Source: Candidatus Aenigmatarchaeota archaeon
GTDB lineage: Archaea > Aenigmatarchaeota > Aenigmatarchaeia > CG10238-14
Reading direction: 5' to 3'
DNA: 64,000 bases
NCBI GenBank assembly: GCA_044343545.1
Contig: JAWBZR010000001.1
Span: forward strand, 23,992 to 87,991
In this document: one piece after another, positions 28,695 through 38,624 of the stretch
Position numbering within the stretch: position 1 is the stretch's first letter
How the letters are laid out: each line of letters begins with the position of its first letter
Position numbers and translations under genes: made by a program
The notes under the pieces: model-generated
Database searches by the model: none
Told to the model about the DNA's origin: nothing
Seen by the model: only the letters and a program-made list of their open reading frames with translations

Positions 28695-29897
28695 TCAAGT
28701 CTTTAAAATTTCTACACCCGGCATTTTTTTACCGGACAAGTAATTTATCAACGCTCCACCAGCTAAACTTATATAAGAATACTTGCTTTTATCTATTCCC
28801 AAAACATTCATTGCAACAGATGTATCTCCACCACCCACAAGTGTAAAGGCCTTTGAATTTGCAACAGCTTCCAAAATTTCTTTTGTTCCCTTTTCAAAAC
28901 CTTTTTCTTCATACACTCCTGCCGTGCCTTTAACAACAATTGTTTTTGCTGTTTTTATTCTTTCTTTGAATAGTTCTATTGTTTGACTACCTATATCTAA
29001 AATCATTTCATCTACAGGTAAATCAACTATATCGACTTCCTTTCTTTTACCATCTTTATTAATTGCAACATCTATTGGGATAAATATTTTCTCATTATAT
29101 TTTTTGAAAGTTGTCTCTAAACCTTCTGCCAACTCGTAGAATTTTTTATTTTTCAAAAACTGCTCTGTTTTTTCGCCTAATTCAAAACCTTGTGCTATTA
29201 AAAATAATTCACCCAAAACACCACAAGCCAAAACCTCATCTATTATTCCATTTTCAAGACCATAATTCATTATTTTTATGCAATCATCTGGTTTAGCTCC
29301 GCCTAAAATGTAGATGTTTGGTTTTTCCGGATTCAAAGCTCTCTCGAGAGATTTTAATTCTTTTTCCATTAATCTACCAGCTATCTTAGGTAAATCTGTA
29401 AAGCCTACTATAGAGGCGTGTGAACGGTGAGATGCCGAAAATGCGTCATTGACAAAAACATCAGCTAAAGGCATTAACGTCTTTACCAAAGTGCTATTTT
29501 TATGATCTTCAGGTGCTTTCTCAACATCTTCGTCCTCTAAAAATCTCACATTTTCAAGTAGAAGAGCTTGCCCGGGCTTCAAGGACTTTATAGAGTTTAT
29601 AGCTTTTTCGTCTACAATGCTATTGACAAATTTTATTGGATATTTCACATATTTCTTAAGCAATTTTGCATGTTGCCTCAATGAAATAAAATCCGAATCT
29701 CCCTTTCTTCCTTGATGTGCCAAAATAACAACTTTTGATTTTTTTTCACATAGCTCATTTATAGTTTTTGCTGCCTCTATCAATCTTTCAGAAACTTCTA
29801 TTTTTCCAGTAGCCTCGTCATAAGGTAAATTTATATCAACTCTCAAAATCACGGTTTTATTTGAAAAGTCGAAATCGTCAAGAGTTTTAAATTTCAT
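28695..29897 (-). CDS. pgk: Phosphoglycerate kinase
   Basis: LRVDINLP, AHQGR, LLENVRF, NDAFSASHR, GGAKPDD, GGGDT, SLAGGA. Confidence 0.95.
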   Translation of the reverse strand: MKFKTLDDFDFSNKTVILRVDINLPYDEATGKIEVSERLIEAAKTINELCEKKSKVVILAHQGRKGDSDFISLRQHAKLLKKYVKYPIKFVNSIVDEKAINSIKSLKPGQALLLENVRFLEDEDVEKAPEDHKNSTLVKTLMPLADVFVNDAFSASHRSHASIVGFTDLPKIAGRLMEKELKSLERALNPEKPNIYILGGAKPDDCIKIMNYGLENGIIDEVLACGVLGELFLIAQGFELGEKTEQFLKNKKFYELAEGLETTFKKYNEKIFIPIDVAINKDGKRKEVDIVDLPVDEMILDIGSQTIELFKERIKTAKTIVVKGTAGVYEEKGFEKGTKEILEAVANSKAFTLVGGGDTSVAMNVLGIDKSKYSYISLAGGALINYLSGKKMPGVEILKT

Positions 29898-29907
29898 TAT
29901 AAAACCT

Positions 29908-30417
29908 CTATGATCTACTTAAAGCTATTTGACACATATGACAAAAATCGGATGACTTGTTATCTATATCTCTTATGTTATTAGAAGAATTCATGACGCA
30001 ACCCTTTTCTTTACAATGTTGAAGACCCAACACATGACCGAATTCGTGTATGCACTCTTTAAGCAACCTCTCTTTAAACAATTGTTTATCTGGAGATGAT
30101 AATCTAAATGTGGATACTATGGCTGCCTTGCCTTTAATTTTTGCCAAACCAAACAAATAGTTTAATCCTGATGAATATATATCTTTATCTGTAATAGCTA
30201 TCACTTTATCATCAAAATTATTTTCTAAATGGTTGAGAATTATACTTGCTTCATATTGCTGTCTAAATCTATTAAAGCTATCTTCAGGTACCTTTATTTC
30301 AGAGCCGAGTAAGACTGGTATTTTAAACTTTGCTCTCAGATTTTTTTTGACAAAATCCAAAATATTTGGTTCAACTTTACCAAAATAACAAATAGTTAGC
30401 TGAATTTCTCTCACCAA
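29908..30417 (-). CDS. Archaemetzincin Zn-metalloprotease
   Basis: KECIHEFGHVLGLQHC....CVM.S......D.K...FC..C. Confidence 0.92.
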   Translation of the reverse strand: MVREIQLTICYFGKVEPNILDFVKKNLRAKFKIPVLLGSEIKVPEDSFNRFRQQYEASIILNHLENNFDDKVIAITDKDIYSSGLNYLFGLAKIKGKAAIVSTFRLSSPDKQLFKERLLKECIHEFGHVLGLQHCKEKGCVMNSSNNIRDIDNKSSDFCHMCQIALSRS

Positions 30418-30451
30418 TTAAATATTTAGATAAATTTAAATAAATTTTAAA

Positions 30452-30525
30452 TGGGGTTGGCCGGATTTGAACCAGCGACACCACGGGCTTCAGCCGTGCG
30501 CTCTCCCGGACTGAGCTACAACCCC
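30452..30525 (-). tRNA. tRNA-Phe(GAA), no intron, CCA not encoded
   Basis: GGGGTTG acceptor stem, CACGG-CTGAAGC-CCGTG anticodon arm, GCTGG-TTCAAAT-CCGGC T arm. Confidence 0.95.
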
Positions 30526-30686
30526 AATTGTTATTAAATTTGAAATTCAATCTTAAATTTTTTGGCAAAACGCACATTTTAAAAGTTTTCTAGGGATTCG
30601 AATTTGCCTGCTTTGAAATTCATGAATTCAACCATTTTTTTAAATCTAGTTCCATGAATAAAAGCTTTGAAAATTTATGATAAAGT

Positions 30687-31430
30687 TCAATCACTACCCT
30701 TCGTAAAAATCAATCTTATCTTCGACAACGCTTTATATAATCTCAACTCTATATTGAACCTGTATCTGAAACCTTCTTCTATTATAAAAATAAAATTGCC
30801 CAAAACAAATCTTATGCCAGTAGGTATATCCCTCACGTCATAATAATAAACTTTTACAGGCACTTGTTTTATTCTCAAACCTTCTTTCATTGCTTTGATC
30901 ATCATCATATTTTCTATGATATATCCACCAACTGTTGCGTCAACCAGCTTCAGCATGGCCTCTCTGTTCATAGCTATAAAGCCGCAGTTGCTATCCTTTA
31001 CTCTCACACCAAACATTATATTGAATGTTGTTCTCCAAACAAAGTTACCCAAACGATGTCTTAATGGAACGTCCCTTTTCCAATTTCTATATCCGGTAAC
31101 ATAATCAGCTTGGTCAACAACTAAAGGATTGAATATTTTTGGCAAATCTTCTGGCATATATTGAAGGTCTGCGTCCAGAATTGCCACATATTTTATGTCT
31201 GGAAGATTGTGTTTTATGTATAAGAATGCCGTCTTTAACCCTTCACCTTTACCCCTATTTTTTTCATGTCTAAGTACTATTGCACCAGCACTTTTTGCAA
31301 TTTCTCCTGTTCTATCTGGTGAACAGTCATCAACGACTATTGGCAAGTAACCCAAACTCTTTACTCTCTTTACAACTTCTTCAATGTTTTTTTCTTCCAT
31401 ATAAGCTGGAATCACAACTGCAAATTCCAT
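30687..31430 (-). CDS. GT2 glycosyltransferase
   Basis: IPAYMEE, VDDCSPD, NRGKG, LDADLQ, DSNCGF. Confidence 0.9.
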   Translation of the reverse strand: MEFAVVIPAYMEEKNIEEVVKRVKSLGYLPIVVDDCSPDRTGEIAKSAGAIVLRHEKNRGKGEGLKTAFLYIKHNLPDIKYVAILDADLQYMPEDLPKIFNPLVVDQADYVTGYRNWKRDVPLRHRLGNFVWRTTFNIMFGVRVKDSNCGFIAMNREAMLKLVDATVGGYIIENMMMIKAMKEGLRIKQVPVKVYYYDVRDIPTGIRFVLGNFIFIIEEGFRYRFNIELRLYKALSKIRLIFTKGSD

Positions 31431-31466
31431 TCACATCAACGATATTAAAATAAAGAATTTAACGTT

Positions 31467-31643
31467 TTATTGTTGTTGGCCGCCTTTACCATTATTCATG
31501 TTTTCTATTTGCTTTTCTATCCTGACAAGAGTTTTAAAAATACTATCAAGCGTTCTATTCATATAATTAATTTGTGTTATTGATATCAAAGTTGGGCACG
31601 TGCTATAGTTGTTGCATATTTTACCTTTTTCCGGGTCACACAT
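31467..31643 (-). CDS. Putative 58-aa Cys-containing microprotein (not in ORF track)
   Basis: MCDPEKGKICNNYSTCPTLISITQINYMNRTLDSIFKTLVRIEKQIENMNNGKGGQQQ*; fills the gap between the GT2 gene and bud32. Confidence 0.5.
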   Translation of the reverse strand: MCDPEKGKICNNYSTCPTLISITQINYMNRTLDSIFKTLVRIEKQIENMNNGKGGQQQ

Positions 31644-31696
31644 TTTAGCATAGCACCATAAACTTCTATAAATTTTGCATCCAAGTTTAAATATTT

Positions 31697-32326
31697 ATGG
31701 AACCGACCGTTAACTTTAAAAAGCATGGGGCTGAAGCTGTAATATATTTAGAAAATGATTATATTGTGAAAGAAAGAATTAAAAAGGGTTATAGAATTAA
31801 GGAAATAGATGAAAAAATAAGAAAACTCAGGACATCCTTGGAGGCTAAATTACTCATAGAAGCCAAGAGAAACGGTATTCACACGCCATCTGTATTTCAA
31901 GTTGACAAATGTAATTTTAAAATAAAAATGGAGTTTATAAATGGAATAAGGTTAAAAGAATATCTTGAGGTGTGTGAAAAAAGTGAAATTAAGAAAATAT
32001 GTAAAAACGTGGGCGAGTGCATTGGAAAGTTACACAAGGCAGGTATAGTTCACGGAGATTTGACCACATCTAATATTATTTTGAAAGATGATAAGCTTTA
32101 TTTCATTGATTTTGGTTTGGGTTATTTTTCTAAGAGAACTGAAGATTTCGGAACTGATCTAAAGCTCTTAAAAGAAGCGTTACAATCAACACATTTTAAA
32201 ATATTAAAACTCTGTTGGGATAATATTTTAAAAGGTTACAAAAAAGAATATAAGGAAGCGGACAAGGTTATAGAAAAGGTGAAAGAAATTGAAAAGCGTG
32301 CTAGATATGCTCAGAAGCAAGAATAG
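31697..32326 (+). CDS. bud32: KEOPS complex kinase Bud32
   Basis: GAEA, KERIKKGYR, HGDLTTSN, FIDFGL, ALQSTH. Confidence 0.93.
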   Translation: MEPTVNFKKHGAEAVIYLENDYIVKERIKKGYRIKEIDEKIRKLRTSLEAKLLIEAKRNGIHTPSVFQVDKCNFKIKMEFINGIRLKEYLEVCEKSEIKKICKNVGECIGKLHKAGIVHGDLTTSNIILKDDKLYFIDFGLGYFSKRTEDFGTDLKLLKEALQSTHFKILKLCWDNILKGYKKEYKEADKVIEKVKEIEKRARYAQKQE

Positions 32327-32522
32327 GTTTGAAAAAGCGGAAGGGTATGCTATATTTTCTCTATTGATAAGTTCAATTTTTTTATCTCTAGGCATCGGCC
32401 TAACTATTTTTGGTACAAGAGGTGTTTCGGCCTTGATAGCAATGTTGGGAGCATTATTTTCATTTTTGTCAGCTGTCGCTTTAATAGTAATATGGGTATG
32501 GGAAGATATGGTGAAAGGATGA
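32307..32522 (+). CDS. Small 2-TM membrane protein
   Basis: Two hydrophobic helices; probable ATG at 32307 overlapping the bud32 end. Confidence 0.6.
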   Translation: MLRSKNRFEKAEGYAIFSLLISSIFLSLGIGLTIFGTRGVSALIAMLGALFSFLSAVALIVIWVWEDMVKG

Positions 32523-32577
32523 ATTTTTTAAATATTGCATTTCATAAATTTGCAGTATGATTTGAAAAGGTGCTTAA

Positions 32578-33039
32578 ATGGCAAGGATGCATGCAAGAAA
32601 AAAGGGAAAATCCGGATCTAAGAAACCTTTGATGAAAACAGCTCCTAGATGGGTTATTTATAAAAAGGCTGAAGTAGAGAAGCTTGTGGTAAATTTGGCC
32701 AAAGAAGGATACTCGTCTGCTATGATAGGTATTATTTTAAGAGATAGATATGGTATACCTTCAGTGAAGCTAATAACGGGTAAAAGCATATCGCAAATAA
32801 TGAAAGAGAACAAATTATATCCGAAATATCCTGAAGATTTGCTTAATTTATTAAAGAGAGCTGTGAATTTGAGAGCGCATTTAGCTATTCACAAAAAAGA
32901 TTATACTTCCAAAAGAAATTTGGGTTTATTGGAATCCAAAATAAGAAGATTGGTAAAATATTATATAAGAAAAAAGATCTTGCCGGAAGATTGGAAATAT
33001 GACCCAGAAAAGGCAAAAGTTATTGTGCAACAAAAGTGA
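32578..33039 (+). CDS. rps15: 30S ribosomal protein S15 (S15P/S13e)
   Basis: [34 protein letters not shown]. Confidence 0.96.
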   Translation: MARMHARKKGKSGSKKPLMKTAPRWVIYKKAEVEKLVVNLAKEGYSSAMIGIILRDRYGIPSVKLITGKSISQIMKENKLYPKYPEDLLNLLKRAVNLRAHLAIHKKDYTSKRNLGLLESKIRRLVKYYIRKKILPEDWKYDPEKAKVIVQQK

Positions 33040-33043
33040 TTGA

Positions 33044-33598
33044 ATGGCAAAAAAGATAAAGGGTAAGGATTGGTTCACGATTTTTGCACCGAAAATTTTT
33101 CAAGAAAAGATAATAGGAGAAACGATGGCGGACGATGCCAAAAAAGTCATTAACAGAATGGTGGAATTGCCTGTAGTGCTTATAACCAATGATATGAGCA
33201 AGTATTATATGAAAGCTAAGATGAAGATAAAGAGAGTTGAAGGGCAAAACGCCTATGCAGAGCTCGCTGGCTTGGAATGTATGAGAGATTATATAGCAAG
33301 AATGATTAGGCATAGAGTTACGAGAATAGACACCGTTCAAAAACTTGAAACAAAGGATGGCAAACAAATAGTAGTAAAGTGTGTAATAGTCACAAGTAGA
33401 AAAGTCACTGCAGGTGTGGAGAAAAAAATTAGAAAATATGTTGAGGATGTTATCACCAAAAATGTTTCTGAAAGTACGCTTGATGATTTTGTAACAAAAA
33501 TTTTAAAAGATGTTATAAAGCAAAAAATATTAAAAGAAGGCTCGAAAATATATCCACTAAAATTTTTCGAAGTGAGGAAATTAGAAGTAAAGATTTGA
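33044..33598 (+). CDS. rps3ae: 30S ribosomal protein S3Ae (eS1)
   Basis: KDWFTIFAPKIF, IGET, KIYPLKFFEVRK. Confidence 0.92.
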   Translation: MAKKIKGKDWFTIFAPKIFQEKIIGETMADDAKKVINRMVELPVVLITNDMSKYYMKAKMKIKRVEGQNAYAELAGLECMRDYIARMIRHRVTRIDTVQKLETKDGKQIVVKCVIVTSRKVTAGVEKKIRKYVEDVITKNVSESTLDDFVTKILKDVIKQKILKEGSKIYPLKFFEVRKLEVKI

Positions 33599-33635
33599 GT
33601 GAAGTATTTTATTTCTTCTCTAAAATAATTGTTTT

Positions 33636-35276
33636 ATGAAAAATATAGAAGAAATGGCAAAAAAATATGCCATAATAAATGCTGTAGAATTTGGCGGTAA
33701 AGCAAATGTTCAAGCTGTTCTAGGTAAAATTATTGCTGAAGATGAAAGTTTGAAAGCTAAAATAAAGGATGTCGCGAAGATCGTCGCGAAAATTGTTCAA
33801 GAAGTAAATTCTACACCCTTAGATGAGTTAAAAAAAGAGTATGAAAAATTGGACGTAATTGTTGAAAAAAAGCAAGAAAGTAAGGATTTACCAGAACTTC
33901 CATTTGCTCAAAAAGGAAAAGTAATAACAGCATTTCCCCCAGAGCCAAGCAAATATCCGCACATAGGTCACGCAAAGGCTGCCTTGATAAATTACATGTA
34001 TGCAAAAAAATATGATGGAATTTTTATCTTAAGATTTGAAGATACGAACCCGGAGATGGCTAAGAAAGAATATTATGATGCCATAATGGACGGATTAAAA
34101 TGGTTAAATATTGTATGGGATAAAGTCGATTATATTTCAGATCACATAGAAAAGTATTATGAGTTTGCTGAAAGGCTTTTAAATGAAAAAAGAGCTTATG
34201 TATGCCTCTGCGAGCAAGAAAAAATAAAAAAATTCAGGATGGAAGGTATAGAATGTGAACATAGACGGCAAAGTGTTGAGGAAAACTTAAATTTATGGAA
34301 GAAAATGTTTGAAGAATTTGAAGAAGGTAAGGCTACTTTGAGATTAAGAATTGACATGAAACACAAAAACACTACGATGAGAGACCCGGTGATAATGAGA
34401 ATTGTTGATAAAGAGCATGTAAGGACGGGGAAAAAATATAGAATATGGCCAACGTATGATTTCGGCACAAGCGTTATGGACGGTTTGGAAGGCGTAACCC
34501 ATAGATTTAGAAGCAAAGAATTTGAGATGAGAGATGAATTGCAAAAATTTATTCAAAGAATTTTGGGTTTTAAAGAAACATACATAAAAGAAATAGCGAG
34601 ATTTAACCTTGAGGGCGTACCGTCTTCAGGAAGAATTATAAGGCAAATGATAGCTGAAGGCAAGCTATCTGGATGGGATGATCCTAGACTTTCTACGCTC
34701 ATGGCACTGAGAAAGAGAGGTTTTTTACCCGAAGCAATAAAAGAGTTTTTGTTATCGACTGGAATATCAAAAGCCGAAGCAACATTCGGATGGGAAATGT
34801 TAGAGAGTTTTAATAGAAAACATGTTGATAAGATAGCCAATAGATACTTTGCTGTTGTAAATCCTGTACCTATAGAAATTATTGGAAATCTGCCAAAGAT
34901 CGTGGAAGAACCGCTCCATCCAGATTATCCTGAGAGGGGAAAAAGAAAAATTGAAGTGGGAAAGAATATCTACATATCAAGAGAAGATTACGATAGATTT
35001 TTTGGGAAAACAGTTAGGCTAATAGGGTTATGTAATGTAAAGTTGAGTAAAAAGGCTGTATATGAAGGTAATGAAATAATTCAAGATATGCCAAAAATTC
35101 AATGGGTTTCAGAGCCCTTCGAAAGAATAAAAATATTGATGAATGATGGAAATATAGTAAACATGATAGCAGAGCCTGAAATCAAAATTTGTGAAGAATT
35201 TGTTCAATTTATTAGAATTGGGTTTGCCAAGCTGATTTCAAGGGAAGATATGTTTTTCTGTTTTACACACAAATAA
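33636..35276 (+). CDS. gltX: Glutamate--tRNA ligase
   Basis: FPPEPSKYPHIGH, RFEDTNP, WPTYDF, GWDDPRL. Confidence 0.95.
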   Translation: MKNIEEMAKKYAIINAVEFGGKANVQAVLGKIIAEDESLKAKIKDVAKIVAKIVQEVNSTPLDELKKEYEKLDVIVEKKQESKDLPELPFAQKGKVITAFPPEPSKYPHIGHAKAALINYMYAKKYDGIFILRFEDTNPEMAKKEYYDAIMDGLKWLNIVWDKVDYISDHIEKYYEFAERLLNEKRAYVCLCEQEKIKKFRMEGIECEHRRQSVEENLNLWKKMFEEFEEGKATLRLRIDMKHKNTTMRDPVIMRIVDKEHVRTGKKYRIWPTYDFGTSVMDGLEGVTHRFRSKEFEMRDELQKFIQRILGFKETYIKEIARFNLEGVPSSGRIIRQMIAEGKLSGWDDPRLSTLMALRKRGFLPEAIKEFLLSTGISKAEATFGWEMLESFNRKHVDKIANRYFAVVNPVPIEIIGNLPKIVEEPLHPDYPERGKRKIEVGKNIYISREDYDRFFGKTVRLIGLCNVKLSKKAVYEGNEIIQDMPKIQWVSEPFERIKILMNDGNIVNMIAEPEIKICEEFVQFIRIGFAKLISREDMFFCFTHK

Positions 35277-35278
35277 GA

Positions 35279-35764
35279 TTAAAAGATTATTCTTTTTATC
35301 AACAATATATTCAAATTTACGATTATCAAGGCTATATAAAACATTCTCTTTGTTCCTTTATGGTGCCAATGGTTTTTCGTGAAAGTTAAGTGAAAATCTG
35401 AAAATGGGTAAAATATTCTCGTGGCCCAAAAATCAGAGTGACTGAGCATATCGATAATTATGTGGGATGCGTAGCAGATCGCAAAAATTGAAGTATACTC
35501 GGGGAAGAAAACGCTAAAAACAGAAGTGATTATTAATAAGCCTATGATGCTGTGAAAGAAATGATAAAATTCAAGATATTCATTAGGCGGTCTCCATTCA
35601 TGCAATACTTGTCTCTTTAATGGAAATTTATCTTTTATCACATAGTATAGAAAGAATGGAGCTGACAGTATATCTGGCATATTAGAAAATAAAAATACTG
35701 GTAAAAGCAGTTGCAAATTTCTTACAAGCGTTAATCCCCACAAGGCATGGACTATATTATCCAT
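35279..35764 (-). CDS. Membrane metal-dependent hydrolase (YdjM-like)
   Basis: H..WG, PD, HS, SHIIID..H, FYPF pattern. Confidence 0.65.
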   Translation of the reverse strand: MDNIVHALWGLTLVRNLQLLLPVFLFSNMPDILSAPFFLYYVIKDKFPLKRQVLHEWRPPNEYLEFYHFFHSIIGLLIITSVFSVFFPEYTSIFAICYASHIIIDMLSHSDFWATRIFYPFSDFHLTFTKNHWHHKGTKRMFYIALIIVNLNILLIKRIIF

Positions 35765-35854
35765 TGGGTAAATTTTTTATGATTTCAAATTTTTAAATCA
35801 TATAGAACTGATTCTTGGTGAAATATTTAAATTATCCTCATAATTTTATTGTTT

Positions 35855-36382
35855 ATGGAAGGCGAGTTAATAGGAGAAAGGGTCGTGATTTGGGGAAAAG
35901 ATGCTCAAAACTTATATGAAGAAAGTGGTTATGGAAAACCATTAGAAGATAGGTTAGAGCTTTCTTTAATAGAAGCGTGTTTTCTCTTGGAAAAGAATAA
36001 AATTTCTATAAAAACGAAAGACGGCAAGCTTTCTTTCAAAGAATTTTATGAATATTGTATTAGCAAGGAGCCGGAATTTCACCAAAAATATGTAGTTTAC
36101 AAAGATTTGAGATCAAGAGGTTATCTAGTTAAAACGGGATTTAAATTTGGAGCTCATTTTAGGGTTTATGAGAGAGGTGTTAAACTCAAAAGAGGGCCTA
36201 AAGAAGCTCATGAGCATACCAAGTTCGTTGTTCATGCAATAAAAGAAGAGGATAGATTTTCATATCCTGAGTTATCAAGGGCGGTGAGATTAGCGCAAAA
36301 CATAAGGGCAAAAATGGTTTGGGCCGTCGTGGATAGCGAAAATGACGTGACATATTATGAAATAGTTAGAGTCACTCCCTAA
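35855..36382 (+). CDS. endA: tRNA-splicing endonuclease (tRNA-intron lyase)
   Basis: LSLIEA, VYKDLRSRGY.VKTGFKFGAHFRVY, VVDSENDVTYY. Confidence 0.93.
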   Translation: MEGELIGERVVIWGKDAQNLYEESGYGKPLEDRLELSLIEACFLLEKNKISIKTKDGKLSFKEFYEYCISKEPEFHQKYVVYKDLRSRGYLVKTGFKFGAHFRVYERGVKLKRGPKEAHEHTKFVVHAIKEEDRFSYPELSRAVRLAQNIRAKMVWAVVDSENDVTYYEIVRVTP

Positions 36383-37413
36383 GACCAACTTAACTTGAAT
36401 CTTAAAATAGCCCCTATACCTATATGTCTAAATTGTTGCCCTGCATTATGCAGAGTAGATATTATTTTAACCTTGCCCCCCTTCATTTCAACTTGTTTAG
36501 CTATCTCTTCCACTTCCTTTGATAGCATGTCTTCTGAAACCAATAAAAATTCTATTGCTCCCATATTGTTTGCCGAAGAAATGTTATTAATTCCAAATAT
36601 GGCGAGGCCGTCATCCTTTTTAAGATGCATGAAAAATTCTTCCACGAGTTTAGTTTCTTTCAATATCTCGTTTTCTTCACCCAAACTTTCCACAACCCCG
36701 CTCTTTATTATTTCATTAATGCCAGCAATGGTAGCTGATGAGGCATTGGAAACAAAAATTTTCTTGAAAGCTTCGCTCGATTTTTCTCTTATTATCTTAA
36801 AAACATGTTCCTTTGCGAAACCAGGTCCGGCCAAGATTATGTGTTTCATTTGAGGATAAAACTTCATTATTTCTTCGGCTACCAACCTATAATATTCACT
36901 AATTTTTTTCTCCTCGTAATTAAAAGAAAATGGATTTCTTATTTCTGAAATTTGCTCTATTCTATTATTTTTCAACAAGTAAAGCAAGGCTTGGTCTAGG
37001 TCGATGGCCACGATCATAATGTTAGGTGATTTTTTTTCTGCTTCTTTAAGTTTTTCTATTTGATAATTTTTCCATTCTCTTTTAGTGATAGTCAAATGTT
37101 TGCCTGGTTTTATTTCTATTGAATGATAGGAATCTATTTGCACGTTTTTCGGTGCTTCGACTATTCTACCAGAAACTCTTAATTGAAACGTGCCTGTTTG
37201 AAATTCTACTTTTTCCACCGCAATCTTTATGACCATAAGTTTTTTCCCTACCTTTCTTATCTCACCGTCCCTTTCTAGAAAAACGGTTCGTGGCGTCCTT
37301 GCTTTTACAAGATCCCCAGGCTCTATAAAGTTTTTAAGATAAAAAAGATCGTCATTGCACTCTACTCTTAACTTTACCTTTTGCAGTTTTGGAGATATTT
37401 TTATGATTTTCAT
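36379..37413 (-). CDS. pelA: mRNA surveillance protein pelota
   Basis: DDLFYL...PGD, LRVSG, YHSIEI, AGPGFAK, GIGAILRF. Confidence 0.92.
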   Translation of the reverse strand: MKIIKISPKLQKVKLRVECNDDLFYLKNFIEPGDLVKARTPRTVFLERDGEIRKVGKKLMVIKIAVEKVEFQTGTFQLRVSGRIVEAPKNVQIDSYHSIEIKPGKHLTITKREWKNYQIEKLKEAEKKSPNIMIVAIDLDQALLYLLKNNRIEQISEIRNPFSFNYEEKKISEYYRLVAEEIMKFYPQMKHIILAGPGFAKEHVFKIIREKSSEAFKKIFVSNASSATIAGINEIIKSGVVESLGEENEILKETKLVEEFFMHLKKDDGLAIFGINNISSANNMGAIEFLLVSEDMLSKEVEEIAKQVEMKGGKVKIISTLHNAGQQFRHIGIGAILRFKLSWS

Positions 37414-37451
37414 AACTGATAAAAGTTATTAGTATAAAAAACAAAAAAGAT

Positions 37452-38621
37452 ATGTATATGGCAAAAGCTCAAGCTAAGATAGATGAATTTATATGGGTAT
37501 TTTTTGCTGGAATGCTAACAATTGTTATATTAATATTCTTTTGGGGAACCCCAAAATTGAAGATCAACGAAACAGAAAATGTTACTCAAGCGAGGGAAAT
37601 TTTCACAATTGGCTCGTTCGACGAAAATGTCCCAAGGACCATAAGAATAGGCGATTTTACTGTTAGTCATACTGCCGGTTCTCAAACCATAGAGACAAAA
37701 AAGTACTTTGAAGTGAGTAAAGGTTTATTTGAAAATAAAAAATTCTCCTTTAGCTCAGAAATAGCTGAAAATTTTGATGACGTGATTGATGGATGGATTG
37801 AATTATATGTATTGGAAAGTGGAAGTGGAAAACTTGTTGTTAAGGTAAATAATAAAGTAGTTTACAGCCAAAACACAGAACCTGGAAAAATAAGAATAGC
37901 TGTTGAAAAAGATTTGTTGAAAAATTATAATGTTATAGAAATCAGCTCAAGCATGCCTGGTTTGATGTTTTGGAGTACAAGTATTTATAGGATCGAAAAA
38001 GCAGAGTTTGGCATAAATATTTATGGAAACGTGGCTAAAAGATATGATTTTATATTGTATGGAAGTGAATTGAAAACTTTCACTGGAGGTGAGTTAAAGT
38101 TTAATTTGGAAGAAAGAGAAGGTTACGGTGATTTAATCATAAAAATTAATGGAAGAGAATTTTTCAGAGGCATACCATCTGGAAGTTTTAGTAAAACGTT
38201 TGAAATTTTTGATGTGGGTCTCGTGAATGGAGTCAATAACATAGAATTTTCGACTGAAAGAGATACAAGTTACAAATTGGATGATGTTCAAATCATAATA
38301 AGTCATAAAGAGCAAGCTACAAAGAGTAAAACCTTTTCTTTCAGAATAACTGAAAATGATATGGAAAGGTTAAAGGGCGGTAAAAAAGGTAGAATTAGCT
38401 TCATAATATTGGACAGCGACTTCAATGGTAATTTGGCTATAAAGATAAAAGATGCGAAGGGTCAGGAACACCAACTTGATTACATATCATCATATTCCAT
38501 AGGAAAGACTGTAAATGTTTATTTTGGAATGAATGATGTCGAAATAGGAACTAATTACGTGACTTTCAGTGTTATAGGAAACGGAAAGTTTACTCTAAGC
38601 AATCTTGAGGTTGTTGTATAG
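37452..38621 (+). CDS. Surface protein with class III (pilin-like) signal and repeated beta-sandwich domains
   Basis: KA-QAKIDEF followed by a hydrophobic helix; repeats LVVKVNN..NVIEIS / LIIKING..NNIEFS / LAIKIKD..NYVTFS. Confidence 0.65.
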   Translation: MYMAKAQAKIDEFIWVFFAGMLTIVILIFFWGTPKLKINETENVTQAREIFTIGSFDENVPRTIRIGDFTVSHTAGSQTIETKKYFEVSKGLFENKKFSFSSEIAENFDDVIDGWIELYVLESGSGKLVVKVNNKVVYSQNTEPGKIRIAVEKDLLKNYNVIEISSSMPGLMFWSTSIYRIEKAEFGINIYGNVAKRYDFILYGSELKTFTGGELKFNLEEREGYGDLIIKINGREFFRGIPSGSFSKTFEIFDVGLVNGVNNIEFSTERDTSYKLDDVQIIISHKEQATKSKTFSFRITENDMERLKGGKKGRISFIILDSDFNGNLAIKIKDAKGQEHQLDYISSYSIGKTVNVYFGMNDVEIGTNYVTFSVIGNGKFTLSNLEVVV

Positions 38622-38624
38622 AAA

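Noticed and set aside
30526..30686. Recurrent TTTGAAAT-like words and AATTCATGAATT palindrome upstream of tRNA-Phe
   Set aside because: Expected by chance at this AT content; irregular spacing; not a CRISPR array or iteron set.
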